Shown here: positions 8,501 to 16,705 of the stretch, in pieces
Layout: each line of letters starts with the position of its first letter
Position numbering within the stretch: position 1 is the stretch's first letter
NCBI GenBank assembly: GCA_002726495.1
Contig: PBTH01000005.1
Span: 13,243 to 77,242, forward strand
Direction of reading: 5' to 3'
Length of the DNA stretch: 64,000 nt
Source: Methanobacteriota archaeon
GTDB lineage: Archaea; Thermoplasmatota; Poseidoniia; Poseidoniales; Poseidoniaceae
Notes under the pieces: model-generated
Told to the model about the DNA's origin: nothing
The model's input: the letters and a program-made list of their open reading frames with translations, nothing else
Database searches by the model: none
Position numbers and translations under genes: made by a program

Positions 8501-9892
8501 GCTTATGCTGGCAGCCAAGGTGGAGTCATCGTCCGTCCACTCACTCCAGCATACAATCAAACCGATGCGTTTGGAACGGTAGCAGTAAATTTCACAACCG
8601 TTGAACCGATTTCACTGGCGGAAGACGGCTCATTCACAACAACCCTATTGGTTGATGCTCAGAATGCAGACCAGCAGAATTTGCTGGCTAACATGTTGGT
8701 TGGATGGGATGTCAAATCTGAAGATGGCGCCGATGTTTCCAACGGTACGGGTTCGGTTCAGGGTAACGAGATGGTGTTGTCTGGCGTTGGCTCATACGGT
8801 GGAACGTTGTACATTCAACTTGATCCCTCAATGCCATATTACTACACTGAAGGGATGTCGTTAACGCTGTTGTTTGAGGACGCCCCCGCTGTTGACCAAA
8901 ATCAAAACAATTCTTCAACGACGAACGACACATCTACCTTCCCCGCCACCATACTTCCAGGAACCGTTGACTGTGGAACAGCCACATATTCATGGTCAGA
9001 TAACGGAACCGATGAATCAATCATTTGTGTCATTACCAATCCAAATCCATTCGGCGTGCAAGTAGGGTTTGACTGGAAATCTATTCCATCAACGCTACCT
9101 CCAATTTCATTCGAGACCTTCAATAATCCCGACTCCATGCCTGCAAATGGTATTCTTGAGGTTGAATTTACTCCAGTCCGCAATGGGCCTTCTGACGGCC
9201 TATTTCCTGGAATGCAAGGCGTGGGATACGTGCTTCAACTCACATGTTTGGACGACGAAACGAGTCGGTGCGCAAACATGACCACGCCTTCCGCCAGTTC
9301 CGAAGGCGAGATTCAGTGGACGCTCGGCGAGAAACCCTTGAACGCCACAGACAATACAGGCTCAACCAATAGCGGAGAAGACGGGAGCTCAAGTTCTACA
9401 ACTCCTGTTTTGGTCGGAATTGGAATTGTATTGTTTGTCGCAGCAGCGATCGGAGGAGCCATCTTCATGCGCTCTCGTTTTGAAGATGATTTCGATGATG
9501 AGGACGACGAAGATTACTATGCTGAAGCCATGGATGAGCCCGACGCCCGCTCCGAGAAGAAACGCTTCAATCTTGCCGAATCAAAATCTCTCGACTCACT
9601 CAAGGCAGAAGGTAAGGAGCTCCACGAAGATGCACCGGAAGGACTTGAATCCCAGATGCTTGGTAGCAGTGCTGATGCCTTCCAATTCGGAGCAACTGCT
9701 GAAGATGCGATCCCAGAAGTGAATGCAGAGGAAGACGATGCCCAAGATTCCGAAGAAGAGTGGGCTGAAGAAGCCGAAGAGGACGACGGTATCTCTGTAG
9801 ACGAAGATGGTACAGAATGGTGGGAAGATGAAGAAGGCGTCTGGTGGTACCGTGAAGAAGGTTGGGAAGACTGGGCTGTTTGGGAAGATTGA
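5588..9892 (+). CDS. large secreted, membrane-anchored surface protein (FG-GAP/VCBS-like and FN3-like repeats, acidic Trp-rich cytoplasmic tail)
   Basis: Signal peptide MKSRKILGIVLMLMLVGPAWSVMFASA. FG-GAP/VCBS-like Ca-binding loops DDLNGDSFQDVV, GDTADDGYADLI, GDIDSDGDLDFIA and FGDFDGDGIREHV. FN3-like modules around 7600-8200. Many N-x-S/T sequons. One TM helix VLVGIGIVLFVAAAIGGAIFM, then an acidic tail of about 145 aa. Confidence 0.8.
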   Translation: MKSRKILGIVLMLMLVGPAWSVMFASAQTTTLSVFSTGTAQETITMSGGTHASLGFDLERNTTIQDAFFFLSPDSGTTQSPGNLWLDLDQNGINEWEFNQTNYGGFGLQTMFADGNNSTSTLISPNSVVQMSTNSSDFLLPYGAALSDARITVEFEPTFSGGFYQMGPVIDVAIGDIENNSLSDAVILSSSNATTGVGTAFSVMGLDNTTGITNTSWTPTCTNATRLMVDDLNGDSFQDVVTYAPTDNVLCTHLYNGTSGSFSAQVNFTLPSTVIDLDIGDTADDGYADLITIRSGGVVDIAEYNAKSGGYASVSSLTIYQQSGGTTTATLSAMYLARFNGELNPYKLVVVDNTGQCIQIEYFQSTSVYAELASRFSGLGTDSIYGDIDSDGDLDFIATRGSGHRSIENRITSWDSDNHQGLLDLTNASIVDHNYDMDSSLFLPQLAVSDGNPSTIEGNFTTYNFDTTGNNQGRVLFNTEVIIEPWTMPKSIDFGDFDGDGIREHVIVAGEGSQHGVFIGGWHEIGYDVDHNSVMDYTASGYAGNGSNGLPPLEILDPVNNLSSDLGMMSYSWDWTVDGYGIQMSPVNFSLGSLGNGTFHFSELNITYNADFQVNFNPHPAGNLTNVLNQQMTGGSGTLFVPLVFSSTQNGSFLISNPTVTYIQGAPNIALPPTPVLQVAQLNSTVAEIIWQNQSDFGDDLLEFIVYRVGANQSLDLMNIYSNSMLNGTMDSNFLPGETYTYYVRSIHAFGVTSNLSAPLSIYIPYPPPQSYIPNITAGDHPGDGGGVLDVSWSSGHASITHHNVYVSSTNFTSIAELNASIVVPSSVLMANISVDDEGQPLTDGIAYYVAVVGVDQYGNASQQVIANGPFYTRNDTALVTTLDVSYVGFTEDTALSQVLLKEDGSLHVTAHLHHDGVAVDGAELSLNIFGENDNYTLFETTNDSGIAVFTVADLSTLGPIEALGSMSLSVAYAGSQGGVIVRPLTPAYNQTDAFGTVAVNFTTVEPISLAEDGSFTTTLLVDAQNADQQNLLANMLVGWDVKSEDGADVSNGTGSVQGNEMVLSGVGSYGGTLYIQLDPSMPYYYTEGMSLTLLFEDAPAVDQNQNNSSTTNDTSTFPATILPGTVDCGTATYSWSDNGTDESIICVITNPNPFGVQVGFDWKSIPSTLPPISFETFNNPDSMPANGILEVEFTPVRNGPSDGLFPGMQGVGYVLQLTCLDDETSRCANMTTPSASSEGEIQWTLGEKPLNATDNTGSTNSGEDGSSSSTTPVLVGIGIVLFVAAAIGGAIFMRSRFEDDFDDEDDEDYYAEAMDEPDARSEKKRFNLAESKSLDSLKAEGKELHEDAPEGLESQMLGSSADAFQFGATAEDAIPEVNAEEDDAQDSEEEWAEEAEEDDGISVDEDGTEWWEDEEGVWWYREEGWEDWAVWED

Positions 9893-9949
9893 TTCAGCCG
9901 TGAGTCTTTTCATGGACTGACGGTTGGCCCATAACTGGAGCGAATACAC

Positions 9950-10708
9950 ATGGATGCGAATCTTCAACCCTATGCGCTGGTCCTGCATCAAGATGCAGAC
10001 CCTCGTACTGGAGGCGTCGCTATCTGCGGTTTTACAACAGCAGGAATGGTTGGTGTTATCGCAACCTCGCATATCATCAAGGAGTTGAAACTCAAGCAAT
10101 TGGGCACGGTAATGCATGCTGACTTCCCCGCAGTTGCTCTTATTCACAATGAAGTCCCCAAGCATCCAGTGCGCGTTTACCAAGGCGAGGGAGTGGGCAT
10201 CTTCACCTCCGAAATACAGTTCGGGAACGAGACCGATATTCCCTTTGCAACGACCGTCCTTGAGTGGTTTACAAAGGGCGGCTTTGACCGCCTCATTATT
10301 GTTGACGGACTGGTTCGCCCCGAGAAGGAATTGAGCCAAGGTGAACTGTTTGGCGTAGGGTCAATTCAAGCCTCTCGTGAGCGGCTTAAGGGCTTGGATA
10401 TTGAACCGATTCAACAAGGAATTGTAGCCGGGATTACTGGATTTTTATTGGGCGAAGGCGACCGTTTGGGAATTGACATCACGGCGCTTCTATCCGAGGC
10501 CAATCCGATGTACCCGGATGCTCGGGCCGCTGCTATCGCAGTCGAAGCGATCAGCGATTTAACGGGCATAGAAATCCCACTGACCGACTTGTTGGAAAAT
10601 GCACGGGCCATTGAAGACAATGTCCGAAACATCATTGAGAATGCATCTCAAATGCTTCCTGCACCAGAGGCCAATAATGTCACCGACATCGACCCATCGT
10701 TTGGCTGA
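9950..10708 (+). CDS. PAC2-family proteasome assembly chaperone (PbaA/PbaB-like)
   Basis: About 250 aa with GFTTAGMVGVIATSHIIKELKL, DFPAVALIHNEVPKHPVRVY and MYPDARAAAIAVEAISDLTGIEIPLTDLLENA. This is the typical PAC2 (PF09754-like) layout. Confidence 0.65.
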   Translation: MDANLQPYALVLHQDADPRTGGVAICGFTTAGMVGVIATSHIIKELKLKQLGTVMHADFPAVALIHNEVPKHPVRVYQGEGVGIFTSEIQFGNETDIPFATTVLEWFTKGGFDRLIIVDGLVRPEKELSQGELFGVGSIQASRERLKGLDIEPIQQGIVAGITGFLLGEGDRLGIDITALLSEANPMYPDARAAAIAVEAISDLTGIEIPLTDLLENARAIEDNVRNIIENASQMLPAPEANNVTDIDPSFG

Positions 10709-10751
10709 TGAGTTGAGCTTGATTCGCGCCAAATACTTGGAAGATAGATGC

Positions 10752-12098
10752 TTATTGCCCAACCAGCAAGCGCACGCACTCTAGAACCGCTTCAAGCGGA
10801 GCGTCTGTTACAAAGAATGGGTCAATATCGGGGACTCGGGCCGCACAATGACCCTTTTCTTTGAGGGTTGAAAACAGCACTTCCATCTTTGGAGCGTGTG
10901 AGACGCCCGCCATATTGGGAACATCGTCAATGTGCAACAAAAGATGCTCTCGGCTCATCAAGTCAGCAGCATCAGCAATGTAACGTACACTTCTTCGCAG
11001 TTCACGCTGGGAGTATTCTTGGTCTGCTTCGTCCCACTGGAGTCCAGCCTTTGTTGCCTGCTTAATTTCCTCCGTTGAGGGCGAACATAGGTCAAGCGCC
11101 CGCTCTTCAGTCATACGGCCAGCGATCTCTTTACTCCACAAAGGGCCAACCCACATTGGGCCGCTTCCCCTCTCAACCTCTTCAGGAGTCGGGTGTTGTA
11201 CAAATCGGTAACCACCTCGGGGCTCACGAATACGCCATCCCATCATGTCCATGACAGTGGATGCCCGTTCCTTGCTACGGCTTACCTTGACGCTTACACG
11301 AACATGATGGCCATCAAAGAGCGCTAACACGGGTTCAATGAACCGGTCATGGCGGGCCGAAGTCGTCGCAACTTGGCCAAGCAAAACTCGTACTGCATCA
11401 TCATGCGCATAGGTGTCAACGATTCCTTTTGCACCGTATCGTCGTTGTTGAGATGATGCGCTCGACCCAGTTAGTGCGGCGGTATCGGTGGCTGTAACCT
11501 CAAGGAACCCTATTCTTGCAAGGCCTTGTATCGCGGAATCCAGAAAATTCACAGGAGAACCGAAGGGGTCGAGGTCCACCCATTGGTAAGCGGCTTCCAT
11601 CAATGCGATACGGGCGTCATTTTGCATCACGAAGATTCCGTTTTCCATTTGCCCTTCAGGTATCCGTTCATATCGGTCATCTTCAAGAGCATGTCCTACC
11701 GTTACCTCTGGAGGGAAAGACCGATGGGAATGTTTCAACCAATCCAGAGCAAAAGCGTCAAGGTCATTCGCTGCAATTCGAAGCCGAGGTTGAACTTGGG
11801 CGGGGAGCTCATTTCTCCACCGGCGTACGCGCACACCGGTTGCACAAAGGGCGTCAAGGGCGCGAAGGTCGTGGCCAGGTTTCACCAACCAGTCGTGCTC
11901 CAAGGCATCAGCAAGGAGCATTACCGAACGTGTTCTGGCTGGAGCCATTGCGGGATTGAGGAATCCAGGGCCCGTACGTTTTGCTGGACCTCTTGGCATG
12001 TGAGTCGGGCGTTCTTGGTCTTCGCGCAGGTGGACGAGTGTCTTTCCTTCAAGCCAAAGATGGCCGGGGGAATTTGACCCTTGGGATTCTCCGACCAT
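10752..12098 (-). CDS. trm1: tRNA (guanine(26)-N2)-dimethyltransferase Trm1
   Basis: FLNPAMAPARTRSV, DALCATGVRVRRW, NDLDAFAL and the hallmark DLDPFGSPVNFLDSA. ATG 12098 is preferred over the TTG at 12143 of the ORF track. Confidence 0.85.
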   Translation of the reverse strand: MVGESQGSNSPGHLWLEGKTLVHLREDQERPTHMPRGPAKRTGPGFLNPAMAPARTRSVMLLADALEHDWLVKPGHDLRALDALCATGVRVRRWRNELPAQVQPRLRIAANDLDAFALDWLKHSHRSFPPEVTVGHALEDDRYERIPEGQMENGIFVMQNDARIALMEAAYQWVDLDPFGSPVNFLDSAIQGLARIGFLEVTATDTAALTGSSASSQQRRYGAKGIVDTYAHDDAVRVLLGQVATTSARHDRFIEPVLALFDGHHVRVSVKVSRSKERASTVMDMMGWRIREPRGGYRFVQHPTPEEVERGSGPMWVGPLWSKEIAGRMTEERALDLCSPSTEEIKQATKAGLQWDEADQEYSQRELRRSVRYIADAADLMSREHLLLHIDDVPNMAGVSHAPKMEVLFSTLKEKGHCAARVPDIDPFFVTDAPLEAVLECVRLLVGQ

Positions 12099-12146
12099 AA
12101 ATAGGCCAAGAGCCTCTCCCTCAAGACCGCACCGACGCGACAAGCA

Positions 12147-13259
12147 TCAGTAATGAGAGAATTCTACGCCGTCGATGGCGTGAGTAACGATGTGACCGTT
12201 ATCGGTTACAGAACCGACGATTGCAGTGCCGGGGAGCCGTTGAGAAATCCAATCCGAGATGCTTTGAGCGTGTCCTTTGTCCACCGCAATGACCATTCCC
12301 ATTCCCATGTTGAACGTCCGATACATCTCTCGAGTTTCCACGCCCCCCGCTTCTTGAAGCCACTTGAATTCAGGGAGTACAGGTAAGGGGGAATCAATGG
12401 ACCACCCAAGCGTGTCATGGAGGCGAAGAAGATTGGACAATCCCCCGCCGGTTACATGGCAGATAGCGTGAATATCTGAAATTGAAAAGTTTGAGCCGTT
12501 GCGAGCTTCATTGAGCAAATCAACCACCGGGTCACAATAGATCCGAGTTGGATTGAGAACCACTTCACCCATGGTCGGTTCGCCGTCAGTCCAACGAATG
12601 AACGTCCTGTGCGGGTGAGCACTGTCAAATGGAGCAGGTGAACGATAATCAACACCAACATGCTCAACAATCCGACGAACCAACGAGTAACCGTTTGAGT
12701 GGATTCCCGATGAAGGAAGACCGATCAAGACGTCGCCTTCTTTCAGATGTTCACCAGTGATGGCTTCTCCTTTGGGCAACCATCCTAGGGCTGTACCGGA
12801 CATGTCCAATTCCGTGACGATGCCAGGCAATGAGGCAGTTTCCCCCCCCGCTAAGGTTACTCTTGCTTGTCGGCAGGCTTCTGCAAGCGAAGCACCAAGA
12901 GCAGCATGAATGGCCGGATCTGGTTTTGGGACGGCGACATAGTCGACAAAGGCGATCGGTTCGGCTCCAACACAAAGCAGGTCATTTACATTCATCGCCA
13001 TACAGTCAATGCCTACGCCACCCCATTGTTCGAGCATCGTGGCTATTTGCAATTTACTCCCGACGCCATCTGTAGCCATCGCCAAAAGATTGTCCCCAAA
13101 TTCAATGAGTCCACCAAATCCGCCGGGGAGGTCAACTGGAGCTCCAGGTGACCCCGGTTTGCGAACGCTCTTGCTTAACGCCCCGATAAGAGAAGCAACT
13201 GCTGACCCTTCAAGGTCGATATCAACCCCAGCACTTGCGTAGTCCATGGGCTCGTCCAT
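12147..13259 (-). CDS. purM: phosphoribosylformylglycinamidine cyclo-ligase (AIR synthetase)
   Basis: YASAGVDIDLEG, GGFGGLIEF, LAMATDGVGSKLQIA and SSGIHSNGYSLVRR. ATG 13259 (MDEPMDYASAGVD) is preferred over TTG 13301. Confidence 0.9.
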   Translation of the reverse strand: MDEPMDYASAGVDIDLEGSAVASLIGALSKSVRKPGSPGAPVDLPGGFGGLIEFGDNLLAMATDGVGSKLQIATMLEQWGGVGIDCMAMNVNDLLCVGAEPIAFVDYVAVPKPDPAIHAALGASLAEACRQARVTLAGGETASLPGIVTELDMSGTALGWLPKGEAITGEHLKEGDVLIGLPSSGIHSNGYSLVRRIVEHVGVDYRSPAPFDSAHPHRTFIRWTDGEPTMGEVVLNPTRIYCDPVVDLLNEARNGSNFSISDIHAICHVTGGGLSNLLRLHDTLGWSIDSPLPVLPEFKWLQEAGGVETREMYRTFNMGMGMVIAVDKGHAQSISDWISQRLPGTAIVGSVTDNGHIVTHAIDGVEFSHY

Positions 13260-13313
13260 GGATGTACCACAGGTTCTCGGCTCAAGAAGAAACCGCTTCA
13301 ATTTCTTGATTGA

Positions 13314-14336
13314 TTATTGCAATGACGTTGACAGAAGCGGCAAAGAAACATCCAATCGGTGGTCAATTCCACTGTGCGTCCCCACGAATTCTTCGTAGGT
13401 ATGTGGAATGGACAACGATTCAAGTCGGTTAGCAAGTCGTCGGGTGCCGTAGTGGATATGATACTGGTCTTGGCCACCACAATCAATGAAACAAAGTGCC
13501 ATATTTGACAACGCTTGGTGATGCTGTTCGATCATCTCGAGTGGGTCATGATTCATCCAGCGCTGCCATGCCTCCTTGTCAAGAACGCAGGTGTGAATAT
13601 CAACGGGCAATTCCACTCCTAAATCAAGAGAAGCACTTACCGGGCGCGGGTCGTATGATGCTGCAAGGGCGCACATCATCATCGTGTGGAAGTCAGATGA
13701 ACGCATGGAAGAGGCTGCTGCAAGCCGCTTAAGATATGCTTCTGCCGATCCATCCGCAGCGATGTGGGATACGGTTTCGCCCCAAGTTCCACCGTACATC
13801 AGCTCGAAACCGACATCCCCTGAATGCGAAGCGATGGCGGACCATACATCGGGGCGAAGCATTCCGTTGACCATCGCGCCGTAGCCACCGGATGATTTTC
13901 CAACCAATCCAAAACGGTTGTTGGTTGAGTATCTTTGAGCGATTTCAGGACAGAGGCCTTCTGCGAGCCATGTAGACCACTTACCAAGGACGGGCGAATC
14001 CACAAACTGATTTCCTCCTAGAGAAGTGAATGTATCTGGCATAACCAGAATCACTGGCATCATCTCTCCCGTAGAAACCAATCGTTCATGGCGTTGAGGG
14101 AGGGTTTCTCCGAAGGCCTTCCACCCTGCTCTTTGTGGGCCGCTTGATGTGAAGGGAGCAAGATAGATGACAACGGGAAGTTTTCCTCCACGTTCTAAAA
14201 TTTCCAATCCCTCGGGCGCAAGGTGGACAAGAACTTCTCGCTCTGTTGGGTCTCCGAGACGATTTTCAAGCAAGTTGGAATCAAAGGACCATCGTTCAAC
14301 GCGACCACGAACTGGTGTGAATTGGTGTGCTGGCAT
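13314..14336 (-). CDS. alpha/beta-fold esterase (putative esterase / esterase D-like family)
   Basis: Nucleophile elbow LVGKSSGGYGA (GxSxG), an acidic residue and His near the C-terminus (GTHSGIDH), and PVVIYLAPFTSSG. The ORF-track start at 14504 would overlap mcm, so ATG 14336 (MPAHQFTP) is chosen. Confidence 0.6.
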   Translation of the reverse strand: MPAHQFTPVRGRVERWSFDSNLLENRLGDPTEREVLVHLAPEGLEILERGGKLPVVIYLAPFTSSGPQRAGWKAFGETLPQRHERLVSTGEMMPVILVMPDTFTSLGGNQFVDSPVLGKWSTWLAEGLCPEIAQRYSTNNRFGLVGKSSGGYGAMVNGMLRPDVWSAIASHSGDVGFELMYGGTWGETVSHIAADGSAEAYLKRLAAASSMRSSDFHTMMMCALAASYDPRPVSASLDLGVELPVDIHTCVLDKEAWQRWMNHDPLEMIEQHHQALSNMALCFIDCGGQDQYHIHYGTRRLANRLESLSIPHTYEEFVGTHSGIDHRLDVSLPLLSTSLQ

Positions 14337-14525
14337 GGTAGCGGGTAGATGTCGTGATTCATGTGTTCTGCGGTGCTGGGGTCTTTCCAATGGACGCCGT
14401 TTTGCTAAAGAAAAAGAGGCCAGCAACCCCCCATTCCTCCAGTGGAAACAAAGGGGTGGTCTTCCATTTGGGAATTCATTATAGAGTGTGGGCAACCGAG
14501 TCAAGTATCTACGGGTGGGAAAGAG

Positions 14526-16658
14526 ATGGCCTCAATTCAAGAATTTGATTTACCGGCGCGTTGGACATCTTTGATTCAAGACAACTTCTCAGAAGCGGTG
14601 CATAATCTTGCACACATGTGGCCCGACGAGCAATCACTGGCTGTATCTTATCGCATCATTGAAGGATACGACCACGAATTTGCCCAAGATTTACTCGCCA
14701 ACCCCGAGCACCATTTTTTGGCCGCCAATCACGCATTGAGGCAATTTTTACTCGATGCTGGCCACGGCAACATTCTGCCGTTTGTTAGAATTGAGCACCT
14801 GCCAAGCGACCAAACACGAACCGTCTCACAACTTCGTGCCGACGACATCGGACAAATGGTTGCTCTTGACGCTGTTACGACCAAAATTTCTGGAGTTCGT
14901 CCACGATTGTATTCCGCAGTCTTTGAATGCGTTGCATGCGGCCACCATACGGAAATCAATCAGCCGAACGAACAAGAATTGATCGAACCTTTGCAATGTT
15001 CCCAAATCGACGGCGGGGGCGGCCTACAAAAGCGTCAGACTCGATTTCAGTTGCAACAGAAAGCTTCCCATCTGATCAATTCACAATTCATTGAGTTACA
15101 GGAACTTCCAGAACAAATGAAAGGTGGAATTCAACCCGAACGAATCATCTGCATCGGCGAGCAGGATTTGGCTGGTAAATTAAATCCAGGAGACCGAGTC
15201 AAAGCCAACGGCGTTCTCTTTATTCGCTCTCAACGCAAAGGAGGCAAAGACACACCGGTGTTTGATATTTTCCTACGAATCCATTCCCTTGAACGTCAAA
15301 ACATTCCTTTGGAAGAGATCATTATCACGGAAGAAGAAGAACTTGAAATCCGTAATATAGCGCGTCAACCGGACGTAAAGGAACTGTTAACGCGCAGCAT
15401 TGCCCCATCGATTTTTGGCATGGAGTACATCAAACGTTCACTCATGTTGCAATTGTTCGGAGGGGTTGCCCAACTGAATCCAGATGGAACCCGAAACCGC
15501 GGGGACATCCACATCTTGCTCATGGGAGACCCCGGTGTTGCGAAATCACAACTTCTCAATTACATGGCGTCCATTTCTCCAAGAGGTAGATTCACGTCGG
15601 GTCAATCGGCGTCCGCCGCTGGTTTGACAGCAGCTGCGGTTCAAGACGCAACGGCGGACGGACGGTGGACCTTGGAAGCAGGGGCCCTTGTCCTTGCAGA
15701 CCTTGGGCTTGCAGCAATTGACGAATTCGATAAGATGAACACCGCCGACCGTTCGAGCATGCACGAAGCCATGGAACAACAACGCATTTCAATCTCTAAA
15801 GCAGGGATCAATGCAAGTTTGAGGACCCGTTGTGCAATTCTTGCAGCTGCAAATCCAAAGGCAGGGCGCTTTGAGCCCGTGAGCGACCTTCCTTTCACGG
15901 CGCAAATTGACCTTGCCCCACCGTTGGTTTCTCGGTTTGACATTATTTGGTTGATTACCGATACGCCAGATGGCGATAACGACCAAAAGATTGCGCAGCA
16001 CATTATTGCAAACCGAATGAAAGGCAGCAGTGAGTTGTTGGTCCATGAAGGCTCCTTGCCCGACCCTTCAAGACCTACTGCGTCGTCCAAAACCTCCACC
16101 AAAAAGAAGGGCGGAACATACGATATTCTCTCACGAGAAATTCTGCGAAAGTATGTTGCTTACTCAAAACGGAACATCCATCCAAAACTAACAGAAAAAG
16201 CAAGAGAGGCCATCGTGGGATACTATGTTGAAACTCGAAAGTCCGGTGGCGAATCATCAGACAGCGTCGCCATAACTGCACGTTCTCTTGAAGCCCTTTC
16301 GCGTCTTTCCGAAGCCAGTGCGCGCATCCGTCTTTCCGACGAAGCAACGATTGAAGATGCAGAAATGGCCATTCAACTCACTAAATTATGGCGTCACGAT
16401 TTGATGGGAGAGCACTATGATGAAACAACCATGCAATCTGGGAAGAAGGGAACGGTTCGCAACCAAGAAAAAATCATTCTTGACCTTGTATCAACGCTCC
16501 AAAACGAGTCGGGCAGTTCAGCCAACCTTCTCGATGTGTTGACCGAAGCAGAGCGAAACGATATCAGCCGTGGAAAGGCGGAAGATATCATTGACAAACT
16601 TTGCAGAGAAGGGCGAATGATGCGCCCTTCTGGATACGAGACCCTGCAAGTTGTTTGA
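14526..16658 (+). CDS. mcm: minichromosome maintenance (MCM) replicative helicase
   Basis: Walker A LLMGDPGVAKSQLL, Walker B LAAIDEFDKM, arginine finger VSRFDIIW, the N-terminal Zn motif region FECVACGHH...LQCS, and a C-terminal winged helix. The start is taken at ATG 14526 (MASIQEF). Confidence 0.9.
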   Translation: MASIQEFDLPARWTSLIQDNFSEAVHNLAHMWPDEQSLAVSYRIIEGYDHEFAQDLLANPEHHFLAANHALRQFLLDAGHGNILPFVRIEHLPSDQTRTVSQLRADDIGQMVALDAVTTKISGVRPRLYSAVFECVACGHHTEINQPNEQELIEPLQCSQIDGGGGLQKRQTRFQLQQKASHLINSQFIELQELPEQMKGGIQPERIICIGEQDLAGKLNPGDRVKANGVLFIRSQRKGGKDTPVFDIFLRIHSLERQNIPLEEIIITEEEELEIRNIARQPDVKELLTRSIAPSIFGMEYIKRSLMLQLFGGVAQLNPDGTRNRGDIHILLMGDPGVAKSQLLNYMASISPRGRFTSGQSASAAGLTAAAVQDATADGRWTLEAGALVLADLGLAAIDEFDKMNTADRSSMHEAMEQQRISISKAGINASLRTRCAILAAANPKAGRFEPVSDLPFTAQIDLAPPLVSRFDIIWLITDTPDGDNDQKIAQHIIANRMKGSSELLVHEGSLPDPSRPTASSKTSTKKKGGTYDILSREILRKYVAYSKRNIHPKLTEKAREAIVGYYVETRKSGGESSDSVAITARSLEALSRLSEASARIRLSDEATIEDAEMAIQLTKLWRHDLMGEHYDETTMQSGKKGTVRNQEKIILDLVSTLQNESGSSANLLDVLTEAERNDISRGKAEDIIDKLCREGRMMRPSGYETLQVV

Positions 16659-16705
16659 TTCCAAATGAGGGTGGTGCTCATGAAGGTTGAGCCCTTCGCA
16701 GGTTC

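Noticed and set aside
9596-10339. 247-codon minus-strand ORF spanning the end of the 1434-aa surface-protein gene and the start of the PAC2 gene
   Set aside because: It is antisense to two well-supported genes, has no motifs, and its low-complexity Phe-rich stretches mirror the acidic GAA/GAT-rich sense strand. It is a shadow ORF.
10660-10708. Possible HbYX proteasome-docking motif at the C-terminus of the PAC2 protein (ends ...DIDPSFG)
   Set aside because: The penultimate residue is Phe rather than Tyr, and the preceding residue is Ser, which is not hydrophobic. It does not meet the HbYX consensus and cannot be claimed from sequence alone.
11516-12077. Plus-strand ORFs of 147 and 183 codons inside trm1. 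Similar antisense ORFs lie inside mcm (15641-16102), pip (37625-38131), the AddA-like gene (35931-36404), the methyltransferase (36682-37053) and the giant gene (55836-56261, 53999-54409 and others).
   Set aside because: All lie opposite genes with strong family motifs and show no motifs of their own. Such ORFs are expected by chance in long, mid-GC genes.
14337-14525. Long overlap between the esterase ORF (to 14504) and the mcm ORF (from 14442), as listed in the ORF track
   Set aside because: It is resolved by choosing the internal ATG starts (14336 and 14526). The extensions have no conserved sequence and would overlap head to head.
14925-15010. The MCM N-terminal zinc motif looks degenerate (CVACGHH...LQCSQIDGGGG has only three Cys)
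   Set aside because: C3H-type or otherwise variant zinc motifs are known in archaeal MCMs, and a His is available next to the first Cys pair. All ATPase motifs are intact, so there is no evidence of a pseudogene.
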